51,441 nucleotides of DNA, taken from the NCBI GenBank assembly GCA_964619725.1, contig CAZUFC010000057.1, positions 1-51,441 on the forward strand, in the 5' to 3' direction. Positions 38,935 to 49,177 of the stretch are shown here, piece after piece (the first letter of the stretch is position 1; each line of letters opens with the position of its first letter). The notes under the pieces are model-generated. The model was given only the letters and a program-made list of their open reading frames with translations. It had not been told where the DNA came from and ran no database searches. The DNA is from an uncultured bacterium (GTDB lineage: Bacteria; CSSED10-310; CAZUFC01). The position numbers and the translations under genes are program-made.

Positions 38935-40626
38935 ATGCGCATGAACAAAAAAACCAGGATTTCGTTAATAATTATTCTGACATCGACGGTTACTTTTGCC
39001 GCTGTTGTGCCGTTTGTGGAATCGCTTGATTGGGGTTTCGTCTGGGACGACAAAATATTGATCAGCGAGAATCCTTACATTGACGATCCTTTGATTGCCC
39101 GCAAAATGCTATTTTCTGATTATTTTACTTATTCTTCTAAAAGAGCTTCAAGCGATTATTGGCGACCTCTGAGCAGTTTATCGTTTTTATTGGATTATCA
39201 GATTCACGGCAAAAATCCGTTCGGATATCATTTAACCAACCTTATCGTATACGGTTTATTCATTTCTGCAGTTTTTCTCCTGTTCAGAAGCATATCGGGC
39301 GGAATCCCGATGGCTCTTGCCGGAACGCTGCTATACGCCTGGCATCCCCTCCGCACAGAAACAGTCGCCTGGATATCCGGGCGCACGGAAATATTAACCG
39401 CGCTTTTCGGAACGCTTATGTTGCTGACTTTCGGCAAATCTCTAAAGGTCCAGAAGGGGAAAATTCCGTGGTTGCTTACGGCGCTTTTTTTCTTCATTTT
39501 GAGCCTGGCAGCCAAAGAATCGGGCCTTATGTTTCTCGTAATCGCCTGTATTCTTTATTTCAAACATATCAAAAAACGGCCCCTGATGTTTTTACTGCTT
39601 TTTCTGCCGGCAGCGCCTTATATTTTGCTGCGGCATGAGGTCGTCAATTCCATAGGTACATGGCATGCTGCCTATGTAGAACTCTCCCTTCTGCCTGCAT
39701 TGGTCCTCCGCGTTTTTCTTCATTACTTCATCATTAATATTTTTCCCGTAGGATTGAACACCGAACCCTGGATCAGAATACCCGAATCCTATTTTGAATT
39801 CTGGGTTATTGCCGGAGGGGCCGTTCTCGCCGGAATGCTGATTATCATTTTTTTTACGAAAACCCGGCTCGTCAGGACAGGCTTATTATGGTTCATCGCC
39901 GGATTGGCGCCGTTTTTACAGATACTGGCGTTGCCGGTCATCGCCGCCGACCGTTTTTCAACAATATCCAGCATGGGACTTTCCCTCGCCGTTGCCGGGT
40001 TCATATACGGATCGCCGCTGCTGCAGAATCGAAAAAGATTACGTTCGGTCGCCTTGATAGCGCTCCTCTGTATTACCGGCTTCCTGGGTTTGATTTCTTT
40101 CCGGTTGAACAGAAGCTGGAAAAACGATGCTGCTCTGCAAAAAAGAGCCGCCGAATACGGCCAATCGGCGCGAGCGCTTTATTGGGCCGGTGAAAAACAT
40201 TACATCATGAAACAATACGAAACGGCAGTCGAATACTTCAGAAAAGCCGCCAAACGGGAAGAGAAGCCCAGTAAAAGATTGTATTTTACTCTTGCCCTGG
40301 CTGAACTTGATTCGGGTGAAATCGATGCGGCAGAAGCCCATTTAAGGAAGACGCTGGAGTTGGACAGAAGACATAAACAGGCCGGACAGATGCTTGCGGA
40401 ACTGCTGATGCGAAGGAAAAAATATGATGAGGCGCTGGAGCGGCTGCAGCAATTCATCAGGATTTACCCGAAAGAACCGGTTCCTTATTTGCTTTTAGCT
40501 AAAATCTACATCGACGTTTATCCCGATAAGAGAAAAGCGAAAAGAAATCTTCATAAGGCGCTGCAAAACGAACCGAACAAACGACAGGCGGAATGGGCCA
40601 GGGAGCAGTTGCGGCGGTTGAGATAA
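38935..40626 (+). CDS. TMTC-like (GT-C + TPR) putative protein O-glycosyltransferase
   Basis: FVWDD, YWRPL, YHLTNL, HPLRTETVAWISGR, KE, ADRF, C-terminal TPRs. Confidence 0.88.
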   Translation: MRMNKKTRISLIIILTSTVTFAAVVPFVESLDWGFVWDDKILISENPYIDDPLIARKMLFSDYFTYSSKRASSDYWRPLSSLSFLLDYQIHGKNPFGYHLTNLIVYGLFISAVFLLFRSISGGIPMALAGTLLYAWHPLRTETVAWISGRTEILTALFGTLMLLTFGKSLKVQKGKIPWLLTALFFFILSLAAKESGLMFLVIACILYFKHIKKRPLMFLLLFLPAAPYILLRHEVVNSIGTWHAAYVELSLLPALVLRVFLHYFIINIFPVGLNTEPWIRIPESYFEFWVIAGGAVLAGMLIIIFFTKTRLVRTGLLWFIAGLAPFLQILALPVIAADRFSTISSMGLSLAVAGFIYGSPLLQNRKRLRSVALIALLCITGFLGLISFRLNRSWKNDAALQKRAAEYGQSARALYWAGEKHYIMKQYETAVEYFRKAAKREEKPSKRLYFTLALAELDSGEIDAAEAHLRKTLELDRRHKQAGQMLAELLMRRKKYDEALERLQQFIRIYPKEPVPYLLLAKIYIDVYPDKRKAKRNLHKALQNEPNKRQAEWAREQLRRLR

Positions 40627-40687
40627 TTCCCGCGGTTCGGATAGGGAAAGAATTGTTAACCGACAAGGGCGCCTATTTTAGAAAAGC

Positions 40688-40836
40688 GGGATTGATCAAA
40701 AACAGGTCTTTTGAGTTTACAATTCGACAGAATATCCCATCAATTTATTTCACTTTCGATCCCGATACCGTTCCCGATTACTGAAACACGCCGTCAAAAG
40801 TTTTGAAAGAGGCGTCACCCCTGTTTGATAAGTCCC
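40688..40836 (-). repeat. MITE-like family A copy
   Basis: GGGATTGATCAAAAA..TTTTGAGTTTACAAT...(CGA-N3)x4...GTTTGATAAGTCCC. Confidence 0.85.
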
Positions 40837-41071
40837 GGAAAAGCGAGAAACGGCTATTGAATGTCGGCTATTCCTGCTAACGGTAACGGTGAAGACTCCG
40901 GAATCGACTCTGAGAAACGAAAGTCAAACGTCGACTGGCTTGTCTTGTTTTACGTCATGGATCAAAGGTCTTTAGCGCAAACCTCAAGAAATCGATGATC
41001 TTTTAATCTATAGTAAATATCTGTTAGACTATCGAAGACAGCCGTTCAGAGGAACGATCTGTTCGGCAGGA

Positions 41072-42982
41072 TTGAAACTTTTCAGGAATGCATTGAAAAT
41101 GACGGACGTCGACAGAATGAATGACAAAGAGGCTCTGTTGAGCAACAAACTGGCCAATTTACCGGCGGGTCCCGGGGTATATATGTTCAAAAACAGCGAA
41201 GGAGCCCTCCATTACGTAGGCAAAGCTGCAGTTTTGAAAGCTCGCGTTTCGTCTTATTTCAGGACTTCTGCGGATTTGACTCCCCGAACATTGACCATGA
41301 TCGAAGAGACCGTTGATATGGAATGGATCAGTACGGACAATGAAGTCGAGGCGCTTCTGCTGGAAAACACTTTGATCAAAAAGCACAAGCCTCGCTATAA
41401 CGTCCGTCTGCGTGACGACAAGACTTATCCTTTTCTGCGCTTGAGCGTCAACGAAGAGTTTCCCCGTTTGTCGGTCACCCGGAAACTTTTAAATGACGGC
41501 GCCAAATACTATGGTCCTTATTATTCAGCGAAGGCAATGCGTTCTACTCTTCGCCTGATACACCGTTATTTCGGACTTTGCAGCTCCAAAAAGGAAATTG
41601 ACGGGAAGGCTGACCGGCCCTGTTTAAACTATCAGTTGGGTTGGTGTCGCGGCGCTTGCATAGGCCGAATAAGCGTTGAAAATTACGATCATGTGGTCAA
41701 AGAAGTCAAGATGCTGCTGGAAGGACGAAATGACGATTTATTGCATCTGTTACGGGAAAAAATGCGCACGGCATCCGAGGAATTACGGTTTGAAGATGCG
41801 GCGAAACTGCGTGATCAGATACAGGCGGTGGAGCAGGCGACGAAGAGTCAGAAGGTTTTCGATCCTGACGGGAGCAACCAGGATGTGGCGGTATGGAAGG
41901 AGAGCGGAGTTGACGTCCTATTCAATATTTTTCATATACGCAAGGGTAAAATGATCGGTCGCGACCGAACCCGCGTCAAATCTGTACCGGATATTGCGGA
42001 AAGCGAATTGATCGGCGAGTTCATCAAGCGATATTACAATAAGCGGGTGGATATTCCTCATGAGGTCATCCTTCCGGCCTCGCCTGCTGATGAGGAATTG
42101 CTGGCGGAGTGGTTGTCTTCGGGAAGGAAGCATAAGGTCCGTTTTATTGTTCCCAAGCGAGGAACCAAAGCCCGGCTTTTGAAAATGGTGCGGAATGACC
42201 TGGCGACATTCATCAAATATGAGAGCCTTTCCCAGGAGATAGGCGGAGACAGGATCACAGGCGAGCTTAAAAAAAAACTGGGATTAAAAAAAGCCCCTAA
42301 TCGCATTGAAGGATACGATATTTCAAACATAGGCGGAGTTATGGCCGTAGGTTCCTGCGTAAGTTTTCAGAACGGCAAACCGCTAAAATCAGGATATAAA
42401 CGGTTTAAAATAAAATGGATCGATCAGGCTGACGACTACGCCATGATGATGGAAATGCTCTACAGGCGCATATCCCGCAGAGAACAAAAAGGATGGGAAA
42501 TGCCGGACCTGATTTTGATCGACGGCGGACGGGGACACCTCAATGCGGCCATGAGCGTGCTCAAAAGATTCAATCTGAAGGACCAGCAGATAATCAGCCT
42601 GGCCAAGATCAGGAAATCAAGAAGTCAGGAAGGCATTTTTCTGCCCGATAAAGAACTGATCATTCCGGAAGAAAACACTCCCAAGTCTTTTCAACTACTG
42701 CAGAGAGTCCGTGATGAGGCTCATCGTTTCGCCGTAACCTATCACCGCAAACTGAGAGACAAAATAAACCGAAAATCCATCCTGGACGAAATACCCGGCA
42801 TCGGACCCAAAAGAAAAACAAGATTGCTGAAACATTTCGGAAGCCTGTCCGGCGTAAAAGAAGCTTCATTAAACGACATCAGGGAATCAGGCATTCTGGA
42901 TGAAAAAACGGCGGAAAATGTGGTACGTTTTTTCACCCAGATTAAGGAAAAAGCAGATAAGCAGAGGCAAAAGTCCGACTGA
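41072..42982 (+). CDS. uvrC: Excinuclease ABC subunit C
   Basis: PGVY, YVGKA, EALLLE..LIK..PRYN, FE.AA..RD, RIEGYDISN, DGGRG, RDEAHRFA, HhH; true start probably 41099 or 41117. Confidence 0.97.
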   Translation: MKLFRNALKMTDVDRMNDKEALLSNKLANLPAGPGVYMFKNSEGALHYVGKAAVLKARVSSYFRTSADLTPRTLTMIEETVDMEWISTDNEVEALLLENTLIKKHKPRYNVRLRDDKTYPFLRLSVNEEFPRLSVTRKLLNDGAKYYGPYYSAKAMRSTLRLIHRYFGLCSSKKEIDGKADRPCLNYQLGWCRGACIGRISVENYDHVVKEVKMLLEGRNDDLLHLLREKMRTASEELRFEDAAKLRDQIQAVEQATKSQKVFDPDGSNQDVAVWKESGVDVLFNIFHIRKGKMIGRDRTRVKSVPDIAESELIGEFIKRYYNKRVDIPHEVILPASPADEELLAEWLSSGRKHKVRFIVPKRGTKARLLKMVRNDLATFIKYESLSQEIGGDRITGELKKKLGLKKAPNRIEGYDISNIGGVMAVGSCVSFQNGKPLKSGYKRFKIKWIDQADDYAMMMEMLYRRISRREQKGWEMPDLILIDGGRGHLNAAMSVLKRFNLKDQQIISLAKIRKSRSQEGIFLPDKELIIPEENTPKSFQLLQRVRDEAHRFAVTYHRKLRDKINRKSILDEIPGIGPKRKTRLLKHFGSLSGVKEASLNDIRESGILDEKTAENVVRFFTQIKEKADKQRQKSD

Positions 42983-43027
42983 ATCGAGCCGCCAACCTGC
43001 CGATGCTGTAAGAGCAGGGTTTTCGCC

Positions 43028-43060
43028 AGGGCTCTGACCCCCTGGCGGACCCCCTGGCGG
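43028..43060 (+). repeat. REP-like motif C with partial tandem duplication
   Basis: AGGGCTCTGACCCCCTGGCGG followed by ACCCCCTGGCGG. Confidence 0.65.
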
Positions 43061-43084
43061 AATGGAGAAATTCACCGGAGGTAA

Positions 43085-43114
43085 TCAAGTGTAGTGGAAT
43101 TCTACTTCGTACAT
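43085..43114 (-). pseudogene. Stub of a RelE/ParE-type toxin gene
   Basis: ATG overlapping the antitoxin end reads MYEVEFHYT*. Confidence 0.55.
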
Positions 43115-43344
43115 CGCAACGGCTCTCGCGCTTCCACGAGAACTTGTTCAGCCGGTTTGGTTACTTTCTGACCGCTTCGGATTTCCTGGTCTCTCCGGCG
43201 GATTTCCGAAATCCAGGAAGCCTTTATTTCCGTGTCATCCGTCTCCTCCAGACTCTGGATGAGCGGTTCTGCCAATCTGGCTCTTCCGTCCGGCGTCAAC
43301 AACATGGCCTTCGAGACAAGTTCCTGAAGTTCAATAGCGCTCAT
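43102..43344 (-). CDS. Putative addiction module antitoxin (TIGR02574-like)
   Basis: L..AM.L....RA.LAE.L..SL...W..EI.RR..EI.SG pattern; AAAGGAG RBS. Confidence 0.85.
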   Translation of the reverse strand: MSAIELQELVSKAMLLTPDGRARLAEPLIQSLEETDDTEIKASWISEIRRRDQEIRSGQKVTKPAEQVLVEAREPLRCTK

Positions 43345-43567
43345 CGTACCACTCCTTTGGTAATTTTCATTACTCCGCCATAATCCACAGGCGAGTAACC
43401 TTTGCTTCTAAACTTTCCATTTTCACGCTTCAAACTGCCTCAAGGCAAGTTTTTCACTTGTTGTTATCGCATGCGGGACTATCTCGATCAAATATTTTTG
43501 AATTTTTTCGTCGACATGGTCATCTCAACTGATCATTCTGAAAAAATCATTGCGGCTTTCGCGTTCC

Positions 43568-43731
43568 GTGATCCTCAAAAGCCAATGCTTCTTTTGCGGT
43601 TACAATTCTTCCGAATATCCCATTATTTTGTTTCGATTTCGATACCGACCCCGATTTCGATCCCGATACCGATTACTGAAACAAACTGTCAAACGTTTTG
43701 AAAGAAGCGTATCCCCGGTTTGAACAGTCCC
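43568..43731 (-). repeat. MITE-like family A copy (7 hexamers)
   Basis: GGTTACAATTCTT...CGA every 6 nt from 43634 to 43670...CCCCGGTTTGAACAGTCCC. Confidence 0.88.
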
Positions 43732-43742
43732 CTCTTTTTTAA

Positions 43743-46064
43743 TCAAGAAGATGCGCTGTTTTGCCTGGAATAATAAACGGAACGTCCTTTTCCTTTCCGC
43801 ACAAGTTTTCTTTCATTGGTAAGTCGTTTCAATATCCTTTGAGCGGTCGATCTTGTTATGCCTGTTTTATTCATCAATATTTGAGTGGTCAGTCTTTCTC
43901 CTTTTAAAGCTATTTTCATGGCTGTTTTACCGGCATAGATCGTCTTTTTGTTTGTTCCGATTTCCAGCGAAACTTTAGGCTTCTGTTTTTTTTCTCCGGC
44001 AACCACATAATATGTCGAACGACCTTTCCTTTCCTGATCTAAAATTCCCTTTTTAACCATTTCCGAGAGACATCGATAAGCTGAGGTATCGGAGATATCC
44101 AGTTGCGCTGCCAACATATTGCGCGTAACATATCCTTCCTGGTGAACGATATTTAAAGCTGTTCTTTCTTTTTTTGAAGGAATGGAGTCAATACCCATCG
44201 ATTGCAATTCTGGAATTTTTTCTTTCAGTTTATTGAGAATTTCAATGTAGTTATCCAATTTCATCATGGTTGCGATAGAGAAGGCTTCTATCCAATGGCC
44301 TCGTGCCTTCTCTTTTTCGTTCAGTTTCATAAAAACTTTTACCAGCTCTGCATGCCCCATCATTTCCATCCGGGGCCAATCCAACTTTTTGCACAATAAT
44401 AAAGATTCATGATAATACTCTGTCGCTTCTTTATTTTTGCCGTTTGCTGCAGTGATTTTACCGAGTGTTATAAGCGATATGGCGATCCCGTGATCGGACT
44501 TCAATTTTTTGTTTAAACTATAACATAAATTTGCAAATTTAAATGCCTGTCTCAACTCATTCTTCGCCAGAAGGATAACGGCCAGTTCGTTATAACAGGA
44601 GGCAATCTGGTAAGAGCTGCCTTCAAGCTCCCATAGAACGAGAGATTTTCGAGCATATTCCTCTGCCTCATCAAGTTTTTTCTGCATTCGGCAGCATGTC
44701 GTCAAGTTCAAATGAGCATAGGCTATTAAATCTTTTTGTTCAGGATCGGCCTGATTCAAAATTTTCAAAATCAGTTTTTCTGCTGAAACGGCATCCCCCT
44801 TTTCCATTTCAAGAGTGGACTTATGCAACAGGATGTAAAGGCTTTCCGGATGATCGACGGGTAGGCATGCCAGCGCTTCATCGAGAAATTGCAGTCCAAG
44901 TTCTATATCGACCGATCTGTAAAGCATGGCCAACCACAATAATCCCTCTGCTTTTTCCTCCGGTTTTATGTCGCCCTTCAAGGCACGCCGGCAAATAGTA
45001 TGCGAGGCTGCATAGTCTCCTTTCAGATAAACCGCTGCTCCCAAAGATTGCTGAATTTTAAACCATTCGGAGGAATTCAGTTTCTCGGCGGTGAACATAC
45101 TAAGGACTTCGCACAGTTCGGCCGACTGTTTTTCAAGCGTCAGCAAATCCCATATATTTTTCAGTATAATCTCAGCAGCCTCTTTTGATCTGTCTCCCAG
45201 AATCAAATGTCTGGTCGCTTCTATAATCATGCCGGACTTAAGATAATAATCGGCGGCGAAACTGTGCCTTTGTCGCAAAAGTTCAGCCGGTTGACATTCA
45301 TAAAGTATGCGCCGCAATTTTTTCGGAACCTGAACCGTCATGACTTCTCCATTCTCAATCACATAACCCTCACATCGAAGGTACCGAAATTCTGCTTCAA
45401 CTTTGTCGATGATTTCACGCTCGGCCAATAACATCAACAATCGACGCGGAAAAGGAACAGAAAAAATCGTCGCTGACTCCAAAAGCTTAAAAGCCTGCGG
45501 GTAAGACTTCAAAGAACTCAAATGCACATCCACCGCAGATCGAGCGAAATCATCGTAATGCCGCCTTGAACTCATTTCCTGTTGTAATAATTCAGATACC
45601 TCTCTTATCGCTTGCTCCGTCGCTATTTTGAATTTTTTATGACTGGTTAGGTCCAGATAATTCATTAAACGACTCGTTTTTCCTTTGCTGGTTCCATTTT
45701 TTTCCAAAGGAGCAGTGTCTAAATACCTGTGACGCAAGATGTTGTAATTCCGCCACAAACGATCTCCCCACGTAGGATCGTTTTCGGGACGAAATCTCCC
45801 AATGGGTTGTTTGGACGGCGCAGGCGCCAATTGATCGACCGCCCATCTTAATACCACTCGTAAAGCATGAGCCAATTCAAATGAGGTGGGCAGCGAATCT
45901 TCCACAACAAGGGCCGCTTTCACCGGCGAAGAATGACAAAGAATAGACCGGGAGAGAAGATTAAGATCATGATAATTCTTAAGAGCATATTTCACATGAG
46001 AAAAAAATTGCCCCTGCGCCATCGTCAGCAATTCCTCATCATTGTTTTCTTCCTGCTTTGTCAT
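43743..46064 (-). CDS. TPR-containing putative transcriptional regulator with two C-terminal winged-HTH domains
   Basis: MalT-like helical region and TPRs; ISDTSAYRCLSEMV...RKGRSTYY and ITRSTAQRILKRL...GKGRSVYY; start 46064 after a GGGA RBS. Confidence 0.78.
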   Translation of the reverse strand: MTKQEENNDEELLTMAQGQFFSHVKYALKNYHDLNLLSRSILCHSSPVKAALVVEDSLPTSFELAHALRVVLRWAVDQLAPAPSKQPIGRFRPENDPTWGDRLWRNYNILRHRYLDTAPLEKNGTSKGKTSRLMNYLDLTSHKKFKIATEQAIREVSELLQQEMSSRRHYDDFARSAVDVHLSSLKSYPQAFKLLESATIFSVPFPRRLLMLLAEREIIDKVEAEFRYLRCEGYVIENGEVMTVQVPKKLRRILYECQPAELLRQRHSFAADYYLKSGMIIEATRHLILGDRSKEAAEIILKNIWDLLTLEKQSAELCEVLSMFTAEKLNSSEWFKIQQSLGAAVYLKGDYAASHTICRRALKGDIKPEEKAEGLLWLAMLYRSVDIELGLQFLDEALACLPVDHPESLYILLHKSTLEMEKGDAVSAEKLILKILNQADPEQKDLIAYAHLNLTTCCRMQKKLDEAEEYARKSLVLWELEGSSYQIASCYNELAVILLAKNELRQAFKFANLCYSLNKKLKSDHGIAISLITLGKITAANGKNKEATEYYHESLLLCKKLDWPRMEMMGHAELVKVFMKLNEKEKARGHWIEAFSIATMMKLDNYIEILNKLKEKIPELQSMGIDSIPSKKERTALNIVHQEGYVTRNMLAAQLDISDTSAYRCLSEMVKKGILDQERKGRSTYYVVAGEKKQKPKVSLEIGTNKKTIYAGKTAMKIALKGERLTTQILMNKTGITRSTAQRILKRLTNERKLVRKGKGRSVYYSRQNSASS

Positions 46065-46502
46065 TATGATATCCCTTTTACGATTAGCGAACCTATCCAG
46101 GCGCCATAATTTCTGTTCCGATGAAAGCAATTCATATTTCTCGCCACAACCGGCAGAATTCAATTTTGACCCCTGAACGAATTCATCAAAAAACGCTGTC
46201 CGCAGAACCGTCGAAATCAGCGGTTTTCTTTTTTATTATAAAGAAAAACCGATCTAATGCAAATCCGCGATTTAGTATACAACTGTTTACCGCTCCGGCT
46301 GCCGGCACCGCCTGCTGTTTTCGTTAAACTTAAAGCCCCAAAAATAATCGGTGCGACGGACCGCAGGATTATTACAAATGAGCTTACGACAGGACAGAGC
46401 GGAACATCTGTTGGAACTCGTCGTCGGATTGACCTATGTCGGTTTTGGTCCGCGCATGATTCAATACATTGAATTTCCACCGGAAAAGATAATCCTTATT
46501 TC

Positions 46503-46597
46503 GCTCCTTCAGAGCTTTAATTTCCACCCTTTTAACCTGGGGTTGCACTCGCAAGCTCGCTTAAACCCAGGCTGATATACTGCGCGCCTTCGGCGCT
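46503..46597. repeat. REP-like compound hairpin
   Basis: GCTCC-TTC-AGAGCT and GCGCC-TTC-GGCGCT flank a CCTGGG...CCCAGG stem. Confidence 0.5.
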
Positions 46598-46644
46598 AAG
46601 AAAAAGCCGGTATGCGGCAAGGGTGATCCAGGTAGTCAAAAACA

Positions 46645-46799
46645 GGGACTGATTAAACCGGGGTTACACTTTTTCAAAATTTTTGACGGTTTGTTTCAGT
46701 AATCGGGGTCGATATCGTAATCGCAATCGCATTTGAAGCAAAATGATTGGATATTCGGAAGAATTGTTACCTCAAAAGACCCCTTTTTTGATCAATGCC
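46645..46799 (+). repeat. MITE-like family A copy (best preserved)
   Basis: GGGACTGATTAAACCGGGGTTACA...6 hexamers...TTGTTACCTCAAAAG..TTTTTTGATCAATGCC. Confidence 0.9.
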
Positions 46800-47286
46800 A
46801 AAATTTTAATGAGTATCGCACGCTATGAAACAAAAATGACGCGATAATCAATTCGTTTCGCCGCCTATGACTTTTAACCTATTATATTATAACAAAAAAC
46901 AGTCATCATTTTTAGATGAAATGATTATGAGTCAATATTCTTGATAATAAGCCTAACATCATCCGGGATTTATTAGTAAAATGAAAAATGATGGTTAGTT
47001 TGTTCAACGATTTTTTGAGAGGAGGTTCTTTCATGTTCGTTAAGTCATATTTTTTTTTAGAATTTAAGCATGGCAAAAAAATCTTTGGACGGGAAATTAA
47101 GATGGAAACCAATCGTCGGTTAATTCATATAATAAGGTTAAAAGAGGGAAGCGCGGAAGTGAAATCGTCTCTTCCCGAATTGCAATAAAGTTTAAATTTT
47201 TCAACCGACAAGACTGAGATCGCAGGCGCGTTCTTAAGGTTCGGTTAATATTATGACTCTGTAAGGAAGAGTTCAAGGAGGAGCGG

Positions 47287-49137
47287 ATGAAAAAGTCTAT
47301 TAACGGAAAATTATGGATTTTCATGGTGTTTTTATTTTTTGTGTTTGCGCATGTAACTTTAGTTGCCGCTGAAGTTTCAGGCGTTGAAGATACGTTCGAT
47401 GTGGATGAAAAAACGAGCGACATAGACAGGGAAGACGAACCGGCCTTTTTTCTGACGAAGGATTTGGCCATGGCGTATCAGCAAGAAAGTGCGCAAATTG
47501 CGGACGTGATTCGGCATTCGCCCGATGAAAGCCTGTTTTGCATGCCAGTCAATGACGCCGATCGCGACCGGGAGGCTGATTTCGCCGTGAGCGCCGGAGG
47601 AGCCGGCGAGGACATCTGTTACGCTATTGGGCAGGTTATGGACGGGGGATATTTGGTAATGGGAGAAAACAGAAGTTTCGGAGCGGGCAATCGTGATTGT
47701 CTGGCGCTGAAATATGATGCCGCCGGAACGCTGCTGTGGGCGAGAACTCAGGGAGGAAGCGGCGACGAGTATCCCAAAGATTTTATGCCCACATCTGACG
47801 GCGGCTGCATTGCTGTGGGAATAACCACTACATACGGATCGGGGAATTACGATTTTCTTTTGTACAAGTTGGATGCCGCGGGCAATCTCGACTGGGCCAA
47901 AACGGTTGGGGGCGGCAGTAATGATTTGGCTATTTCAATTGAACCGACAAATGACGGCGGATACTTAGTCGGAGGAACTACGGCGTCGTACGGATCAGGA
48001 TCATACAATTTTTTAATGATAAAATATGATTCTTTACATAACCGCGAATGGGCGATGACTACCGGCGACTCAAACAGCGAGTGGTGTTACGTCCTGAAAC
48101 AGACAGCCGATGGCGGTTATATAGCCGGCGGCAGGCGAGGCGCTTCTTCTTGGGAGTATAACTTTATGATAGTCAAATATGATGCATCGCTCCAGAAGGA
48201 ATGGTTGAAAGTAATAGGCGCAGGCGGAAACGATGTGTGTGAGTCTTTGTATCAAACTGCTGAAGGCGACTTTATTGCAGCGGGATATACGCAGGGCTTC
48301 GGAGCCGATTATGACGTCCTGATCGTTAAATTAGCCGGAGCTGACGGGTCTTTACTCTGGGCAAAAACTATCGGCGGCGCGGATGCCGATCAAGGCGCTT
48401 TTGTTCATCCTGCTTCCGACGGCGGGATAATCGTTGGAGGACGAACTATGAGCCTCGGCGCCGGACACTTTGACGGATTCATAATCAAACTAGACGATTC
48501 AGGAAACCTTGTCTGGGCGCGAACCGTCGGGGGGTCAGAGGAGGAACAGTTGCTCGCCATGACGGTTGCCGGTGACGGGTACGTTTTCGGAGGCAGTACA
48601 AAAAGTTACGGGGCTGGAGATGACGATTTTCTGACCGTGAAGACCGATGGCCAGGGATTCATTAACGATTGCGATTTTATTGCAGACTGTTCTCCGGATG
48701 TTATTGACGTAACGTCAACGATAGGCTTTTGGGACTTTAACTTTTTTACCTATACGCACAGCCCGAACGAAATTGATATAACTTCTCAGATAGAGAACCT
48801 CGATGCCGATCCATTCACTGTAGAAATTTGTCTGGATGCAACAACACCCACTCCCTTTCCTACCAATACCCCCACTGCAACACATTCTCCGACATTAACG
48901 CCTACCGGCAGCCCAACCCTGAGCCCCACTCTGACGCCTACCCATAGCCCATCAATTACGCCCACCGAAACTCCAACATTAACCCCAACGCTGACGCCAA
49001 CCGACGAACCGTCCAGTACGCCGACCATTACAATATCGCCGACTCCGCCGCCTGTTCCAGCGCTGTCAGGAGCGGGTTTTACCCTGTTGATCAGCATTTT
49101 TACGCTTCTAGCCGTGTTTATACGTTCGCGTCGTTAA
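47287..49137 (+). CDS. Secreted beta-propeller repeat protein with Thr/Pro stalk and IPTL-CTERM-like anchor
   Basis: GGAGGAG RBS, signal peptide, about 7 repeats of T.DGGY..G.T..YG.G..D....K.D..G...W, TPT stalk, [14 protein letters not shown]. Confidence 0.88.
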   Translation: MKKSINGKLWIFMVFLFFVFAHVTLVAAEVSGVEDTFDVDEKTSDIDREDEPAFFLTKDLAMAYQQESAQIADVIRHSPDESLFCMPVNDADRDREADFAVSAGGAGEDICYAIGQVMDGGYLVMGENRSFGAGNRDCLALKYDAAGTLLWARTQGGSGDEYPKDFMPTSDGGCIAVGITTTYGSGNYDFLLYKLDAAGNLDWAKTVGGGSNDLAISIEPTNDGGYLVGGTTASYGSGSYNFLMIKYDSLHNREWAMTTGDSNSEWCYVLKQTADGGYIAGGRRGASSWEYNFMIVKYDASLQKEWLKVIGAGGNDVCESLYQTAEGDFIAAGYTQGFGADYDVLIVKLAGADGSLLWAKTIGGADADQGAFVHPASDGGIIVGGRTMSLGAGHFDGFIIKLDDSGNLVWARTVGGSEEEQLLAMTVAGDGYVFGGSTKSYGAGDDDFLTVKTDGQGFINDCDFIADCSPDVIDVTSTIGFWDFNFFTYTHSPNEIDITSQIENLDADPFTVEICLDATTPTPFPTNTPTATHSPTLTPTGSPTLSPTLTPTHSPSITPTETPTLTPTLTPTDEPSSTPTITISPTPPPVPALSGAGFTLLISIFTLLAVFIRSRR

Positions 49138-49177
49138 ACATACCGGCTCGGCAGCGATTCTAACATAGGAGTCTTTT

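Noticed and set aside
43402-43701. 99-aa ORF ending SISIPTPISIPIP
   Set aside because: Translation of the family A hexamer array; no RBS or protein-like features.
46800-47286. Riboswitch or small ORFs upstream of the propeller genes
   Set aside because: AT-rich, but no riboswitch consensus recognised and the ORFs lack convincing features.
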